A stretch of DNA of 64,000 nucleotides. Origin: Eledone cirrhosa. Taxonomy: Eukaryota. Location of the stretch: NCBI GenBank assembly GCA_964016885.1, contig OZ024746.1, positions 28,272,001-28,336,000 of the forward strand, in the 5' to 3' direction. The notes under the pieces are model-generated. The model worked only from the letters and a program-made list of their open reading frames with translations, had not been told where the DNA came from and did no database searches. Made by a program: the position numbers and the translations under genes. Positions within the stretch are counted from its first letter, which is position 1, and every line of letters starts with the position of its first letter. Positions 1 through 14,379 of the stretch are shown one piece after another.

Positions 1-560
1 TAGAAAAAGAAAAAAAGAATTTAATAACATATTTATATTTACTGGCATTAATTATTTTCTGTTATTATTAATAAAACTATCTAATCTTTGTTATAAATTT
101 AATATGTAACAATTATATTTCCCCATTTACGTATTTTCTAATATTGCGGCACTCTTTATAATCACAGTTTTATTATCCTCTCTTATTTCGTAATTCTATA
201 ATATTTTGTCTGTGGAATTTTAAGAACGTCCCAACAAAATTGCCTGAGACACATTAGATATATAGAAAAAAAACTGTTGTCAGTTTATGAAACAAAAGAC
301 GACTTATATAATCCGGGAATATAAGCTGAAAATATTTGCTCGTTGAAATCAGGATAATACTTAATATGACTTTGACAGACAGGATTTAGAGAAACACCAC
401 GGCAAAGATAATAAACACTTTGAAGCAAGTTGTATACTTTCCAGTTACTCCCGCCCTCTCCCCCCCAAAACACATAAAAGTAATATATATATATATATAT
501 ATATTTCGTTTCTGAATTTGTTTAGCAAGATTCTTTATCTGAAAAAGTGTTTTGAAACCG

Positions 561-715
561 ATATTGTTATGCTTTGGGAGGGTCATGTTGCCAATAAGAA
601 ACACACGCACCAGTTGCTTTCACTTCAATTTATTATAAATTAAATTTATAATAAATTGAAGGGAAAGCAACTGGTGCGTATGTTTCTTATTGGCAACATG
701 ACCCTCCCAAAGCAT

Positions 716-723
<8 letters not shown>
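561..723. mobile_element. Fold-back (inverted pair) of a PLE 3' terminus next to (TA)n
   Basis: ATATTGTTATGCTTTGGGAGGGTCATGTTGCCAATAAG... is mirrored around ~641. The right arm closely matches 18828-18902, the terminus downstream of the GIY-YIG ORF. Confidence 0.8.
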
Positions 724-793
<70 letters not shown>

Positions 794-833
794 TTGTATG
801 TATATATATATATGTATGTATATATATATATAA

Positions 834-860
<27 letters not shown>

Positions 861-864
<4 letters not shown>

Positions 865-1308
865 CGATATTAAACAAATGGAAACTATATTTATAAAACC
901 ATATCTATTTCATTATACATATTTCAGGGATACCATATTAAAAATATGGCATGCCATCTTCAGATAAAATACAATATATAAGCAGTTTTATAAATAAATT
1001 TGACGTACCATAAAATATTGATCAACTTCCATTTAAAAAAACCAACTTTTTTAAATGGAAGTTGATCAATATTTTATGGTACGTCAAATTTATTTATAAA
1101 ACTGCTTATATATTGTATTTTATCTGAAGAAGGCATGCCATATTTTTAATATGGTATCCCTGAAATATGTATAATGAAATAGATATGGTTTTATAAATAT
1201 AGTTTCCATTTGTTTAATATCGTATATCTACTCCAAAACTTGTTAAGTGCTTTATATCAGTTATAAAATATTTACTCGTTGTAACCCAACAATTTAAAAT
1301 AAAACTTT

Positions 1309-1310
<2 letters not shown>
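861..1310. mobile_element. Fold-back PLE-type terminal repeat (~180-bp arms, 861-1226) with unique tail, between (TA)n tracts
   Basis: Near-perfect inverted repeat centred ~1043; each arm contains a hammerhead motif. Confidence 0.75.
1116..1181 (+). ncRNA. Minimal type I hammerhead ribozyme (mirror copy 906-971, minus strand)
   Basis: Stem I TATTTTAT/ATGAAATA; core CTGAAGA; stem II AGGCATGCCATATT/AATATGGTATCCCT; GAAA; short stem III TATGTA; ATA triplet. Confidence 0.75.
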
Positions 1311-1356
<46 letters not shown>

Positions 1357-1567
1357 TATATATATAAATCGATGTAAAATTTATAAGGATCATGTGGCTC
1401 TATGATAGCTCACTGATAGAATTGAAGCTAAACATCATAGGCCTTAGATCGGTTGCACAACTGCAAATATCACAAGAAACAGCAAATCTAAAATTTTACA
1501 GAGAATGATATAACTGGGCTAAAAAAAAAACGAGATAGACAGAGAAATATTATATTTACATATCTCC

Positions 1568-1748
1568 GGTGGATTGGCAGTATCAGTAGAGGCTTGGACG
1601 CCATGCTTTCCAGCATAGTTACGTCCCTTTACGATCTGAGTTCAAATCCCGCCGAGGTTGACTTTACCTTTCATCCTTATGGGGTCGATAAAATAAAGTA
1701 CCAGTAATGCACTGGGTAATTGCTGGCCTTGTGCCTAAAGTAGAGACA
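1568..1748 (+). mobile_element. tRNA-derived SINE with 19-bp TSD
   Basis: A-box-like TGGCAGTATCAG, B-box GAGTTCAAATCC, shared body CTTTCATCCTTA-GGGGTCGATAAAATAAAGTACCAGT. ATTATATTTACATATCTCC at 1549-1567 and 1749-1767. Confidence 0.9.
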
Positions 1749-1982
1749 ATTATATTTACATATCTCCTAAGTCTCTATAAGACATATATGGTAACATTTC
1801 ATGACAGAATCATGGCAGAAATCAACATTTCCGTTGAATCAGCAAATGGTGAAACTAAGAACTAGCATTCATGAGTAAGCATCTTGTAAATCCAGAAAAA
1901 AAAAAGATCCCTCCAAATAGGGGGCCAGCCATTGTTCAGGCCACCTATAGAATAAAATAAAAACAAAATTATAATTATAACG

Positions 1983-2019
<37 letters not shown>

Positions 2020-2020
<1 letters not shown>

Positions 2021-2312
2021 TTAAATAGTTTAAGAGATACTTAAACACAAGGATTGGTGTTCCAATTTGAACCTGTTTACAGTATTCTTTCTGCCTTTGT
2101 CACTCTTAATATAAATTATAGCTTTAAAGAATTAGCTTTTAATGAATTCCCTTTTCTTTAAACCCATCAACTAATGACCTCCACCTATCCCAATCCCCAC
2201 CCTCTCCTACCATCAGAAAAGATATAAATACCACCACATCTACTTGGACAGTCAGCTTCCTGATGATTTCTCACGAATGAAACAGTTCAAGTCCTGTAGA
2301 TGATTTTCTATA

Positions 2313-2315
<3 letters not shown>
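2020..2315 (+). mobile_element. Decayed PLE-like 3' end with degenerate hammerhead-like motif (~2263-2300)
   Basis: CTGATGA-T-TTC-TCAC-GAA-T-GAAACAGT; flanked by (TA)n; stem I poorly supported. Confidence 0.4.
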
Positions 2316-2382
<67 letters not shown>

Positions 2383-2386
<4 letters not shown>

Positions 2387-2492
2387 AAAAAGTATCGTCA
2401 TACTTTTTCCGATTTCCCACTCTACTACCCTAAGTATTGAGTACTCTGGTGAGTTATGGTCCATCTGGTTCCTTACCACAATTCCTTTGTTA
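2383..2492 (+). mobile_element. Family-A terminal fragment with short 5' hairpin
   Basis: CCCACTCTACTACCCTAAGTATTGAGTACT is shared with 3665, 47281, 52266 and 58590; starts with GGAAAAAGTAT-cgtc-ATACTTTTTCC. Confidence 0.75.
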
Positions 2493-2537
2493 TATTATAT
2501 ATATATTATATTATATATATATTATATATATATATAC

Positions 2538-2580
<43 letters not shown>

Positions 2581-2847
2581 CACACACACATGATCAACGT
2601 GAGATTAGAAAAAATGGCATAGAGGATATTGCACTGATGCAAATGTTTTCTTTGGGTAATCTAAGTTCTAGATCGTGTGAGATGATGTGAAGAGAGTCGG
2701 GAGGTGAGCTTCTTTCTTATCCCGAACAATCTCCAATCAGTTTTCATAATCTTACTAAATAACGTTAATATAACAGTGACTTTAAAGAAAGTACTCAGCG
2801 TTACATGCCTTAATTCTCCATGACGTAATATGAAAAAGGAGATAGAT

Positions 2848-3605
<758 letters not shown>

Positions 3606-3620
3606 TATATATATATACAT

Positions 3621-3664
<44 letters not shown>

Positions 3665-3666
<2 letters not shown>

Positions 3667-3992
3667 CGAGGGAAAAGTGGTAAGGAACCAGGTGAACCAT
3701 AACGCACCAAAGTACTCAATACTTAGGGTAGTAGAGTGGGTAATAGGAGTAAGTAAGACCCCGACGGCTGAGCTCAAGCCGTTTCGTCGGCTAATTCTGT
3801 ACTGAATGAAAAATCAGTTCTGGTATTTAAATAGCCGAACTTGTCAAGGGGCAATTCCATATATGGTCAAAGAGACCATATGGAATTGCCCCTTGACAAG
3901 TTAGGCTATTTAAATACCAGAACTGATTTTTCATTCAGTACAGAATTAGCCGTCGAAACGGCTTGAGCTCAGCCGTCGGGGTCTTACTTACT

Positions 3993-3996
<4 letters not shown>
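3665..3996. mobile_element. Family-A fold-back terminus (inverted arms ~3744-3996) between (TA)n
   Basis: Palindrome centred ~3871; hammerhead motif in both arms. Confidence 0.8.
3758..3852 (-). ncRNA. Type I hammerhead with U3-A8 core variant (mirror copy 3888-3982, plus strand)
   Basis: GCCCC-TTGACAA-GTtCGGCTA...TAGCCGAC-GAAA-CGGCT-tgagctc-AGCCG-TC^GGGGT. Confidence 0.7.
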
Positions 3997-4082
<86 letters not shown>

Positions 4083-4626
4083 TTTCATATCCTGATAACG
4101 ATATTTAATATTTCAAGAGAAAACTTATAGCGAGATTTCGTTCACGGGTGGATAGATAGTGTGAACAGCAATACTACGCAATACTACATGATTATGTTGT
4201 TGTTGTTGCTGTGCATTCAAGCAAGTTCTACTGAGGTATTATTAGAACTTGAAATACCATGAAATATTAAAAAAACAAGATTTAATTTCATCCACAAATC
4301 GGATTTTTATGCCCTACATCACATCATATCATTATGTTGTATGTATGTGACATTACGTGCGCCAACACATACACATACGTACATTACAGCATAGATAAGT
4401 GCTTGTATAGATACATACATATATGTATATACATGTGTATACATGAGGTTAACAGCTGAGAGTAATCAGTACTCGGTATGGAGCAATATATCACATATAT
4501 ACACACACACACACACAAACACCCACATATATATTTATATATAGGAGAGTATATATATATATATATATACACTCTCCTTACTATCTTGCTTTCTCCTTGC
4601 TCCTCTTTTCTCATTGTATTTGTATA

Positions 4627-5095
4627 TTAGCAAGTACATAGATACAAGGAGAACGGGAGAGCAAAGAGAAAAGGAGAGCAAAGAGAACAAGGAGAACAAG
4701 GAGAAAAGGAGAGCAAGGAGAACAGGGAGAGCAAGGAAAAAAGGAGAGCAAGGAGCGTAAGGATAAAAGAAGAGCAAGGAGGACAATGTGAAAAGGAGAA
4801 CAAGTAGAACAAGGAGAAAAGGAGAGCAAGGAGAGCAATGAGAAAAGGAGAGCAAGGATAGCAAGGAAAGAAGGAGAGCAAGGAGAACAAGGAAAGTAAT
4901 TAGAAAAGGAGAGCAAGAAGACCAATGAGAAAAGGAGGGCAAGGAGAGCAGGAAGAAGAAGGAGAAAAGGAGAGAAAGGAGAGCAATGAAAAAAGGAGAG
5001 CAATGTGGGTAAATGAGAAAAGGAGAGCAAGAAGAGCAAGGAAAGGAGGGCAATGAGAGCAAGGATAAAAAGGTGAGCAAGGAGAGCAATAGAAA
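4627..5095. repeat. Purine-rich degenerate minisatellite (AAAAGGAGAGCAAGG-type)
   Basis: Repeated GGAGAGCAAGGAGAACAA units. Confidence 0.85.
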
Positions 5096-5129
5096 AAGAG
5101 AGGTTAAGACAAATATTGCTCAAGTTATG

Positions 5130-5510
5130 TTGGAAGCAGACAAAGGTGATGAAGAGGAAGTAGAAAAAAATCAACTGAAGAGGTACATTCTGCACCAAAA
5201 TGACTTTTCTTCCTTTACAAACATCAAGTTTTCGTCTTTTGTAACTCATGGTACAAAACCTTTCTCCACAAGATTTTCTATCAGCACCGATTTCCTCGAC
5301 AAAGAACCTTTCAGCATGGCAGGATGATCCTGGTAACAAAAGTTGACATGAAAAACTTGAGACGACAGTTGTTGTGAATGATGTTGCAGAAAGAGGTGTG
5401 AAACTCAATCAGGATTACAATAACATCCTCACAAAAGATGAAACTGAGAAACAGATCGTTACCGAAAACCGTAAAACATACCCAACTGATACTAAATCAT
5501 CTCTTATGCA
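5130..5510 (+). pseudogene. Decayed DNA-transposase C-terminus (possibly hAT-related)
   Basis: Translates to VVNDVAERGVKLNQDYNNILTKDETEKQ, a motif recalled from invertebrate DNA-transposase ends; frame is disrupted. Confidence 0.5.
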
Positions 5511-5515
5511 AAAAT

Positions 5516-5661
5516 AATTGTTTCTACTTTTGGCACAAGGCCAACAATTACCTCATCTTTTATTACTTTATTTTATCAACCCCATAGGGATGAAAGGCAA
5601 AGTTAACCTGGGCGGGATTTGAACTCCGACGGAAAAGGGACATAACTATGCTACAAAGCAT
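5516..5661 (-). mobile_element. SINE, 5'-truncated
   Basis: Reverse complement of the SINE body and tail. Confidence 0.8.
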
Positions 5662-5693
5662 ATATATATGTATACATGTATATATATGTATAC

Positions 5694-5801
<108 letters not shown>

Positions 5802-5858
5802 GAATGTATATATTCTGCTTTTGATCGAGTGTTCACTTTCGTACCGCAACCACAAGTA

Positions 5859-5899
<41 letters not shown>

Positions 5900-6000
5900 A
5901 TGGAATACTGGTAGCTTCTCGCTACAACAATTTCTATACCTTTCATTTATATATATATATATATATATATACATAATGAACTAAAATGATAAAGTAAACA

Positions 6001-6041
<41 letters not shown>

Positions 6042-6092
6042 CTGTTTATTTTATCATTTTAGTTCATATATAGTTCTGACTTTCGAAAGTGT

Positions 6093-7779
6093 ATATAGGG
6101 GTCATCTCCCTTGTCTAATGCCATGTGCGTTTTTCACCGCTAGTTGACTCCTTTGCCGCCAGGATAAAACTCGTTGACAACGTAAACTCCATTCCACTTA
6201 TTCTAGTAGGCTTTTATATTTATATGTGAGCTGATAGAGTACTGTCTAAGGATTTACAGAAACCCATGAAGCTAGATTTAACACCTTTCTAGTGGGTCCG
6301 GGTATGATTTTACATTCATTTAAATTATTGACGTATTGTTTTATTGATATTTTTTATCTGTTTGGCCCGAATCTTCCTTTATCGATTTTAAATCGTATGG
6401 TTGATTGTAGACTTGTTCTATATGTGACGGTATTTTAACGATAGTTATAGCTCTGATTCATCTGAATTATTGAGCCCTCTGCCGCTCATATCGGATTTCG
6501 TTTTTCGTTAACTCGTGCGCCGATTTTTCGATACTCGATCTTTCTAATATATTTAGCTCTGGACATAGCTATCCACCAGTTAATTTTATTGCTCATATTT
6601 TGTCGATTCTATTGAGTGATGAATAGCTTTTGTTTTATTTTAACATGTCTATTGAGCACTCTAATTCGATATGTGTATTTCCACATTCACTCGAATTATT
6701 TTCGCGGATATAGGGGTCATCTCCCTTGTCTAATGCCATGTGCGTTTTTCACCGCTAGTTGACTCCTTTGCCGCCAGGATAAAACTCGTTGACAACGTAA
6801 ACTCCATTCCACTTATTCTAGTAGGCTTTTATATTTATATGTGAGCTGATAGAGTACTGTCTAAGGATTTACAGAAACCCATGAAGCTAGATTTAACACC
6901 TTTCTAGTGGGTCCGGGTATGATTTTACATTCATTTAAATTATTGACGTATTGTTTTATTGATATTTTTTATCTGTTTGGCCCGAATCTTCCTTTATCGA
7001 TTTTAAATCGTATGGTTGATTGTAGACTTGTTCTATATGTGACGGTATTTTAACGATAGTTATAGCTCTGATTCATCTGAATTATTGAGCCCTCTGCCGC
7101 TCATATCGGATTTCGTTTTTCGTTAACTCGTGCGCCGATTTTTCGATACTCGATCTTTCTAATATATTTAGCTCTGGACATAGCTATCCACCAGTTAATT
7201 TTATTGCTCATATTTTGTCGATTCTATTGAGTGATGAATAGCTTTTGTTTTATTTTAACATGTCTATTGAGCACTCTAATTCGATATGTGTATTTCCACA
7301 TTCACTCGAATTATTTTCGCGGATATAGGGGTCATCTCCCTTGTCTAATGCCATGTGCGTTTTTCACCGCTAGTTGACTCCTTTGCCGCCAGGATAAAAC
7401 TCGTTGACAACGTAAACTCCATTCCACTTATTCTAGTAGGCTTTTATATTTATATGTGAGCTGATAGAGTACTGTCTAAGGATTTACAGAAACCCATGAA
7501 GCTAGATTTAACACCTTTCTAGTGGGTCCGGGTATGATTTTACATTCATTTAAATTATTGACGTATTGTTTTATTGATATTTTTTATCTGTTTGGCCCGA
7601 ATCTTCCTTTATCGATTTTAAATCGTATGGTTGATTGTAGACTTGTTCTATATGTGACGGTATTTTAACGATAGTTATAGCTCTGATTCATCTGAATTAT
7701 TGAGCCCTCTGCCGCTCATATCGGATTTCGTTTTTCGTTAACTCGTGCGCCGATTTTTCGATACTCGATCTTTCTAATA
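6093..7779. repeat. Tandem array of a 615-bp unit, ~2.7 apparently identical copies
   Basis: GTCATCTCCC recurs at 6101, 6716 and 7331. Confidence 0.95.
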
Positions 7780-7786
7780 TATATAT

Positions 7787-7970
<184 letters not shown>

Positions 7971-7975
7971 ATATA

Positions 7976-8059
<84 letters not shown>

Positions 8060-8093
8060 TTGGCTTTTTGCTACAATGTTTTCTATACCTTTC

Positions 8094-8144
<51 letters not shown>

Positions 8145-8315
8145 TTCGAAAGCCAGATCTATCAATGAACTAAAATGATAAAGTAAACAGCCATATTTAT
8201 TATTAATAGTTATTAAAAATAAATATTTCTTTTAGTCGGTAACCAATATTTGTATCCTTGAGTGCATATTTAACGCATTTAAATATACACAAACCTATAA
8301 AAACCTACCGTTTAT

Positions 8316-8468
<153 letters not shown>

Positions 8469-8577
8469 TTATTAAATATATATATATATAAAAATATGTA
8501 TATATATATACATATATACATATATATGTGTGTGTGTCTGTGTGTATGTATATGTGTCTGTGTGTGTTTACATATAC

Positions 8578-8643
<66 letters not shown>

Positions 8644-8919
8644 ATATAAGTTTGGTGGTAATGTACTTACGGATATTATACCTGAACCTATTTATGCCAG
8701 ATAAGCTGTGTAATAATCACTCTATCGAAATATCTGAAGATTTTGATAGAATGCACTTTATATAACTTTAATGAAGAGACACACAGGCGCACCAACAGGC
8801 ATACACACTGACAACGACACTGCCACTGACGCATACATACAAAGATAGACGCATGAACATACACAGCCACACATTCATAAACAATCACTTTTACACATGG
8901 ACACATACAGCCGCATACA

Positions 8920-9287
8920 GCCGCATGCGCACAGCCAGACACACACAAACACACACACAAACACACACACACACAGCCATAGCCATAGACACATATACAT
9001 ACAATCACACATATACACTATACACACACTGACACAGAACCATACTCACGCCACATACGCACAGCCAGACACACACACAAACACACACACAAACACACAC
9101 ACACACAGCCATAGCCATAGACACATATACATACAATCACACATATACACTATACACACACTGACACAGAACCATACGCGCGCACACACACACACAGCCA
9201 TAGCCATAGACACATATACATACAACCACACATAGACACATATACATACAACCACACATATACACATACTGACACAGAACCATACTA

Positions 9288-9319
<32 letters not shown>

Positions 9320-9484
9320 ACACAAACTCACACACACAGCCATAGCCATAGACACATATACATACAACCACACATATACACTATACACACACTGACGCAG
9401 AACCATACGCACACGCACACACAGCCATAGCCATAGACACATATACATACAACCACACATATATACACACTGACACAGAACCAT

Positions 9485-9529
<45 letters not shown>

Positions 9530-9540
9530 CACATTCAGCC
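8920..9540. repeat. Compound CA-rich minisatellite
   Basis: Repeated ACAGCCATAGCCATAGACACATATACATACAA...CTGACACAGAACCATAC units. Confidence 0.85.
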
Positions 9541-9924
9541 ACAAACACACAACGAAGCACACACATACAGCCATATTCACACAGCTCCACGCAGACGTAT
9601 TTATATAATATTAGCGCCTGTTGAACTGATATTGCAGTGATTAAATGTACTAAAGAACCTCTCTACCATTGATTCTCATCTCTGTTTGAGAATATTTCTC
9701 CAACCATATCGTGGAAACATTGGCGAGTAAATAAGAATGAGTTTTGATTAGTTGCAAACATCGTACAGATGTGATATAGACACATATGGATATACATAGA
9801 CACACGTGGGCATACACCCATAGCTGTACACACATGTGTGCATATATACATGCTTACATATGATTATCTGTGTGTTCATATATGTATCCATAACAATTAA
9901 TATGAATTGAAATAAATATGTATG

Positions 9925-9964
<40 letters not shown>

Positions 9965-9999
9965 CATATTTATTTCAATTCATATTAATTCATATTAAA

Positions 10000-10547
10000 G
10001 GTTTTTTGAGGGTGTTTTTTTTTTATTATAACACCCCAGTGATAAAATTTGCTCCGAACGAACTACCCGTGTCTGAAGAAACCTGCAGCCGTAGAATCAG
10101 CCAGATCCATACAGGGACCATGTCTCGAGCTACCTGCCGGCGAAACAATTATAACACGCAATAAATTGAGTCCAGATGCATCACTGATTTTTCGTTTTCT
10201 TTATACTATCTACACTCTACTCTGCTGAATATTGAGTGCTAATTTTCGCATACCGCCTATGGAAGCACGATAGCTACCATTATACACAAGTATATATATA
10301 TATATATATACTTGTGTATTCAGCAGAGTAGAGTGTAGATAGTATAAAGAAAACGAAAAATCAGTGATGCATCTGGACTCAATTTATTGCGTGTTACAAT
10401 TGTTTCGCCGGCAGGTAGCTCGAGACATGGTCCCTGTGTGGATCTGGCTGATTCTACGGCTGCAGGTTTCTTCAGACACGGGTAGTTCGTTCGGAGCAAA
10501 TTTTATCACTGGGGTGTTATATTAATAAAAACACCCTAAAAAAACCT
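10000..10547. mobile_element. Tail-to-tail inverted PLE terminal repeats separated by (TA)n
   Basis: 10000-10231 is mirrored at 10318-10547; a third copy lies at 13292-13430. Confidence 0.85.
10390..10480 (-). ncRNA. Type I hammerhead with palindromic stem III (copies 10068-10158 + and 13292-13379 +)
   Basis: CGTGT-CTGAAGA-(long, imperfect stem II)-GAAA-CAATTG-TA^ACACG. Confidence 0.65.
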
Positions 10548-11050
10548 CTTCCACTCTTGTCATGCCATTGGCTGTTGATACTCCACGTAATCTTAAGTTC
10601 TGGTCAGTATTTACTGCTACACGGGTCATCAGCCATTTTCCGTCCGACACACTTCAATGGAGTCATGCTGGGTTCAGTATCTCACACGTCTGTTCACACT
10701 CCCGTGCAAGCACCCACACATACGAATACACACACACATATACACACACAGGCAGACACAGACACATGCGTGCATACACACACGTACGCATACATGCATA
10801 GACACACACACCCCAACACATATACATATATGTATATATACACACACACGCTCTCCCTCACTTCCACGGACCCAGGCACACCCACTTCTAGATACATACC
10901 GCCACAAACCTTTTAACGGCTGCTTAAGTCGCGCTATATATCCGGTCCGACAAGCACGGCCCACACAAACATACACATATACACACACATACGCGCGCAT
11001 ACATACCTACGCACAGCCTTATATATATTTATATATATAAATACACTCAT

Positions 11051-11109
<59 letters not shown>

Positions 11110-11114
<5 letters not shown>

Positions 11115-11676
11115 TTAAGGAGACTATTTATGGTTATGTATATACTAAAACCTTTTATAGTTATATATATTTTAAACCCTAAATAGTGAAAGACAGTAAT
11201 GTATTACTACCTTATTACCAGTAAGATAAATAGCTCAATGTAATAACATCAGTTGTTCTACAGAGCAGTTATATAGAAATTACATGAATCAAAGTTCTGT
11301 TTAAACCAGTTATTCGCTTACAATTGTTTCTTGCAAACCGTGGTTTGGAGTCTTCGGAGCAATTTTTCAATGATTGTTTACATACTTGACCTCCTTTCCA
11401 ACACAAGAGACGTACAGAAACATATGTATATATTGATGCACAGTGGCTTGACATCCATTATAATGTTTAAGCATGGCAATTTACATTCAAAGTTTAAAGT
11501 CATATTAAAAGAAAACAAAATTGAAGTTAAAATACAACATTGGCAGTTTACGAAGAAAATGCAGGAGGATAGTTAGAAGTAGTTAGTGTATGCAATAGTT
11601 ACACGTGGGACATGCAGGTGTGTCTTATTTATATAAGATTATAGTGCGGCAGGGTGTTATATGTAATACAAGCACT
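11110..11676 (-). mobile_element. Nested PLE-type 3' fragment between (TA)n tracts
   Basis: Contains the hammerhead motif at 11314-11362; bounded by TA repeats. Confidence 0.55.
11314..11362 (-). ncRNA. Minimal hammerhead, CCGAAGA (U4C) core
   Basis: TTGCT-CCGAAGA-ctcCAAACC-ac-GGTTTGcaa-GAAA-CAATTG-TA^AGCGA. Confidence 0.6.
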
Positions 11677-12349
11677 ATATATATATATATATATATACAT
11701 GCACACACATCCATACAAAATACACATACGTACACAAAATTACATACGCACATACATACACACACATATATATATATACAAAAACCTACATGCATACGCA
11801 CACCCACACATATACATACATATATACATGCAGACATATATACATCTACATATACATACGCACACGAACTGCCGCATGCAGACACCTGCACATATGCATA
11901 CTTGCTTACACACACATGTTTCCACATATACATATATAAACAAAATCGTAAATTAAAAATACATTATATAATAAAAAACACAATATACCATAAAATAACG
12001 GTAAAATAACATAACATAAAATATAAAATATCAATATAGTATACAATATAATATATCTATATATCTATATATACACATGTACACACATTCATACATACAT
12101 ATACGGATATATACAATGGATATAAGATAAAATAATTAAAAAAATAATAGTAATAAAATGTATATATACTCCATATATAATCATCCGTACACATTCCTGT
12201 GACATGTACATAATCATATACATGTATACACAAATACACATACACATATATAGAGGCCCACATATGCATACATTCGCACCCACACACACATATATATATA
12301 CACACATACGCACCCACATACACACATATACTCATACGTAGCTATACGT

Positions 12350-12394
<45 letters not shown>

Positions 12395-12629
12395 CACACA
12401 CTCTGCCACATACTTACATACATCTACATGCCTGCACACACGCGCTCATAAGCTCATGCATATACGTACACATGCCCATATACACATCCCCATACACACC
12501 CACGTATATATTTATATATCTACATACACACACACACATACATATACCTACGCACAGGTCCACACATAGAAACACCCAAATATAAACACAATATGATAAT
12601 AAAATAAAATAAAATAAAATAAATAAATT

Positions 12630-13291
12630 TACAATATTTTAGGATACATTAAAATCTGTATGTAACTTCAAAAATAGGTACATGAAAAAAGGGGTAAATA
12701 GGGGTAAATTAAAAACGGGGGGGGGGTTGTTACAGGAGAAGGTGCGTGTATCCATGTGATATACTACACACAGGTAGTATGAGGTGAAAACTTGGGTCCG
12801 TATAGAGAACAAGTAACAGTAACAATAATAATAGAACAATAATGAAAGTAATAATCATTGTTCCAAAGTGGAACATGTGGAGAGTATATAGTCACGATTG
12901 ACGGGCTACACATTCAGGGGGACGCCCGGCCCAGTCGCCATGGGGCATGGTACCGTGGCTGGGGTGTGCTGTTCTATATGTTTGGGGCATCGGACCGGGC
13001 GGCCATGGAACCCGTGTTAGCCGGTCCCGGCCCAGGCGATGTATCTTCCAATGTTGAGGGCTCGGGCAGGTGCGCCTCTGGTTTACATATGTTTGTCTCA
13101 CGGGTCGCACACTGTCATCGGGGCATGGCGTCAGGTCCCCTAATCCCGTTGGGCCGTTCGGGTCTGTGCGTACCCGTTCCCATGCTCCCGGCCTGCGCCA
13201 CCCGGAGGATTCCATGCTGCAAATGTGCATCTTCTCTGGTGTCTGCAGGTCATGATAATTTCAGACTTCAGGTTGACCGTGTCATCTTTTA
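12630..13291 (-). mobile_element. 5'-truncated PLE: ORF C-terminus and 3' UTR
   Basis: DTVNLKSEIIMTCRHQRR parallels HILNKKSEAISACKHKLH at the end of the 20334 ORF; joined at ~13291 to an inverted terminal repeat. Confidence 0.65.
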
Positions 13292-13424
13292 GTCTGAAGA
13301 AGTCTGCAGCCGTAGAATGAGCCAGATCCATACAGGGACCATGTCTCGAGCTACCTGCCAGCGAAACAATTGTAACACGCAATAAATTGAGTCCAGATGC
13401 ATCACTGATTTTTCGTTTTCTTTA

Positions 13425-13491
<67 letters not shown>

Positions 13492-13587
13492 CATATATAT
13501 CTGTGTGTGTATGTATATATATATGTACACATGTGTGTGTATATATATATATATATATGTGTGTGTATACATGTGTGTATATATATC

Positions 13588-13868
13588 AGGTCACCAGTTG
13601 GTGCTACTGGTAACATGTATCCCAGTACAACCTGTCTCATGGTCGGGTCGTTGGCGACTAAACTGGCAACCCCACCAAGGTTTCTTGGTGAGGAGGGTGG
13701 CTTTGGACATCCTGCAGGACTAAAAACAAAACCTGTCAAAAGGCAAAGGGGCTCTTAAGAGTCAATAGCCATCCAAAATCACCGGGAGAGATGACCCCTT
13801 AGCCTTTGTCAAGGCAGAATTCTAGGAGAAGGAAAACTCTGATATAACACCTGCAACCCTGATGGTAT
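13588..13868 (+). mobile_element. RTE-like 5' UTR fragment
   Basis: CTAGGAGAAGGAAAACTCTGAT motif recalled from RTE 5' regions; GC-richer than its flanks. Confidence 0.45.
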
Positions 13869-14227
13869 CCAATGATGTTGAATTGTTCTTCTTTTTGGTA
13901 AATATCATCTTGGTTAAGAGAGTGGGACTGGCTTTGTGCAGTGCCTTTGCTCACTATAAAAACTTCACAGCACAGGCATTGCTTTATATCTGGAGATCTC
14001 TCTGCAATTGTCGTCACATGGTACCATGGGCCCAGCACTATGTGTCAATAATTGTCACAAGTGTAGTGTTTGTACCAGAGTTTTCAAGTCGCTGGCTGGA
14101 CTAAAAAGTCACATTCGTTCAGCGCATTGGTAGGGGTTCTCCTACATGGATATAAAGTAGTGGCCGTACTCGAAAATGAGTTGGCAGCCACCATATATAT
14201 ATATATATATATATGTGTGTGTATACA

Positions 14228-14353
<126 letters not shown>

Positions 14354-14379
14354 TATATATATACATATATACACACACA

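Noticed and set aside
4535-5408. Long hydrophobic minus-strand ORFs resembling membrane proteins
   Set aside because: They derive from the purine-rich minisatellite.
6093-7779. Retrozyme interpretation of the 615-bp array
   Set aside because: No hammerhead core with matching stems was found on either strand.
13588-13675. HDV-like or twister-like ribozyme in the RTE-like 5' region (GG-GTCGTTGGCGA-CTAA-ACTGG pairing with CCAGT)
   Set aside because: P4, J4/2 and P2 look plausible, but a consistent P1/P3/L3 could not be built by eye; needs a descriptor search.
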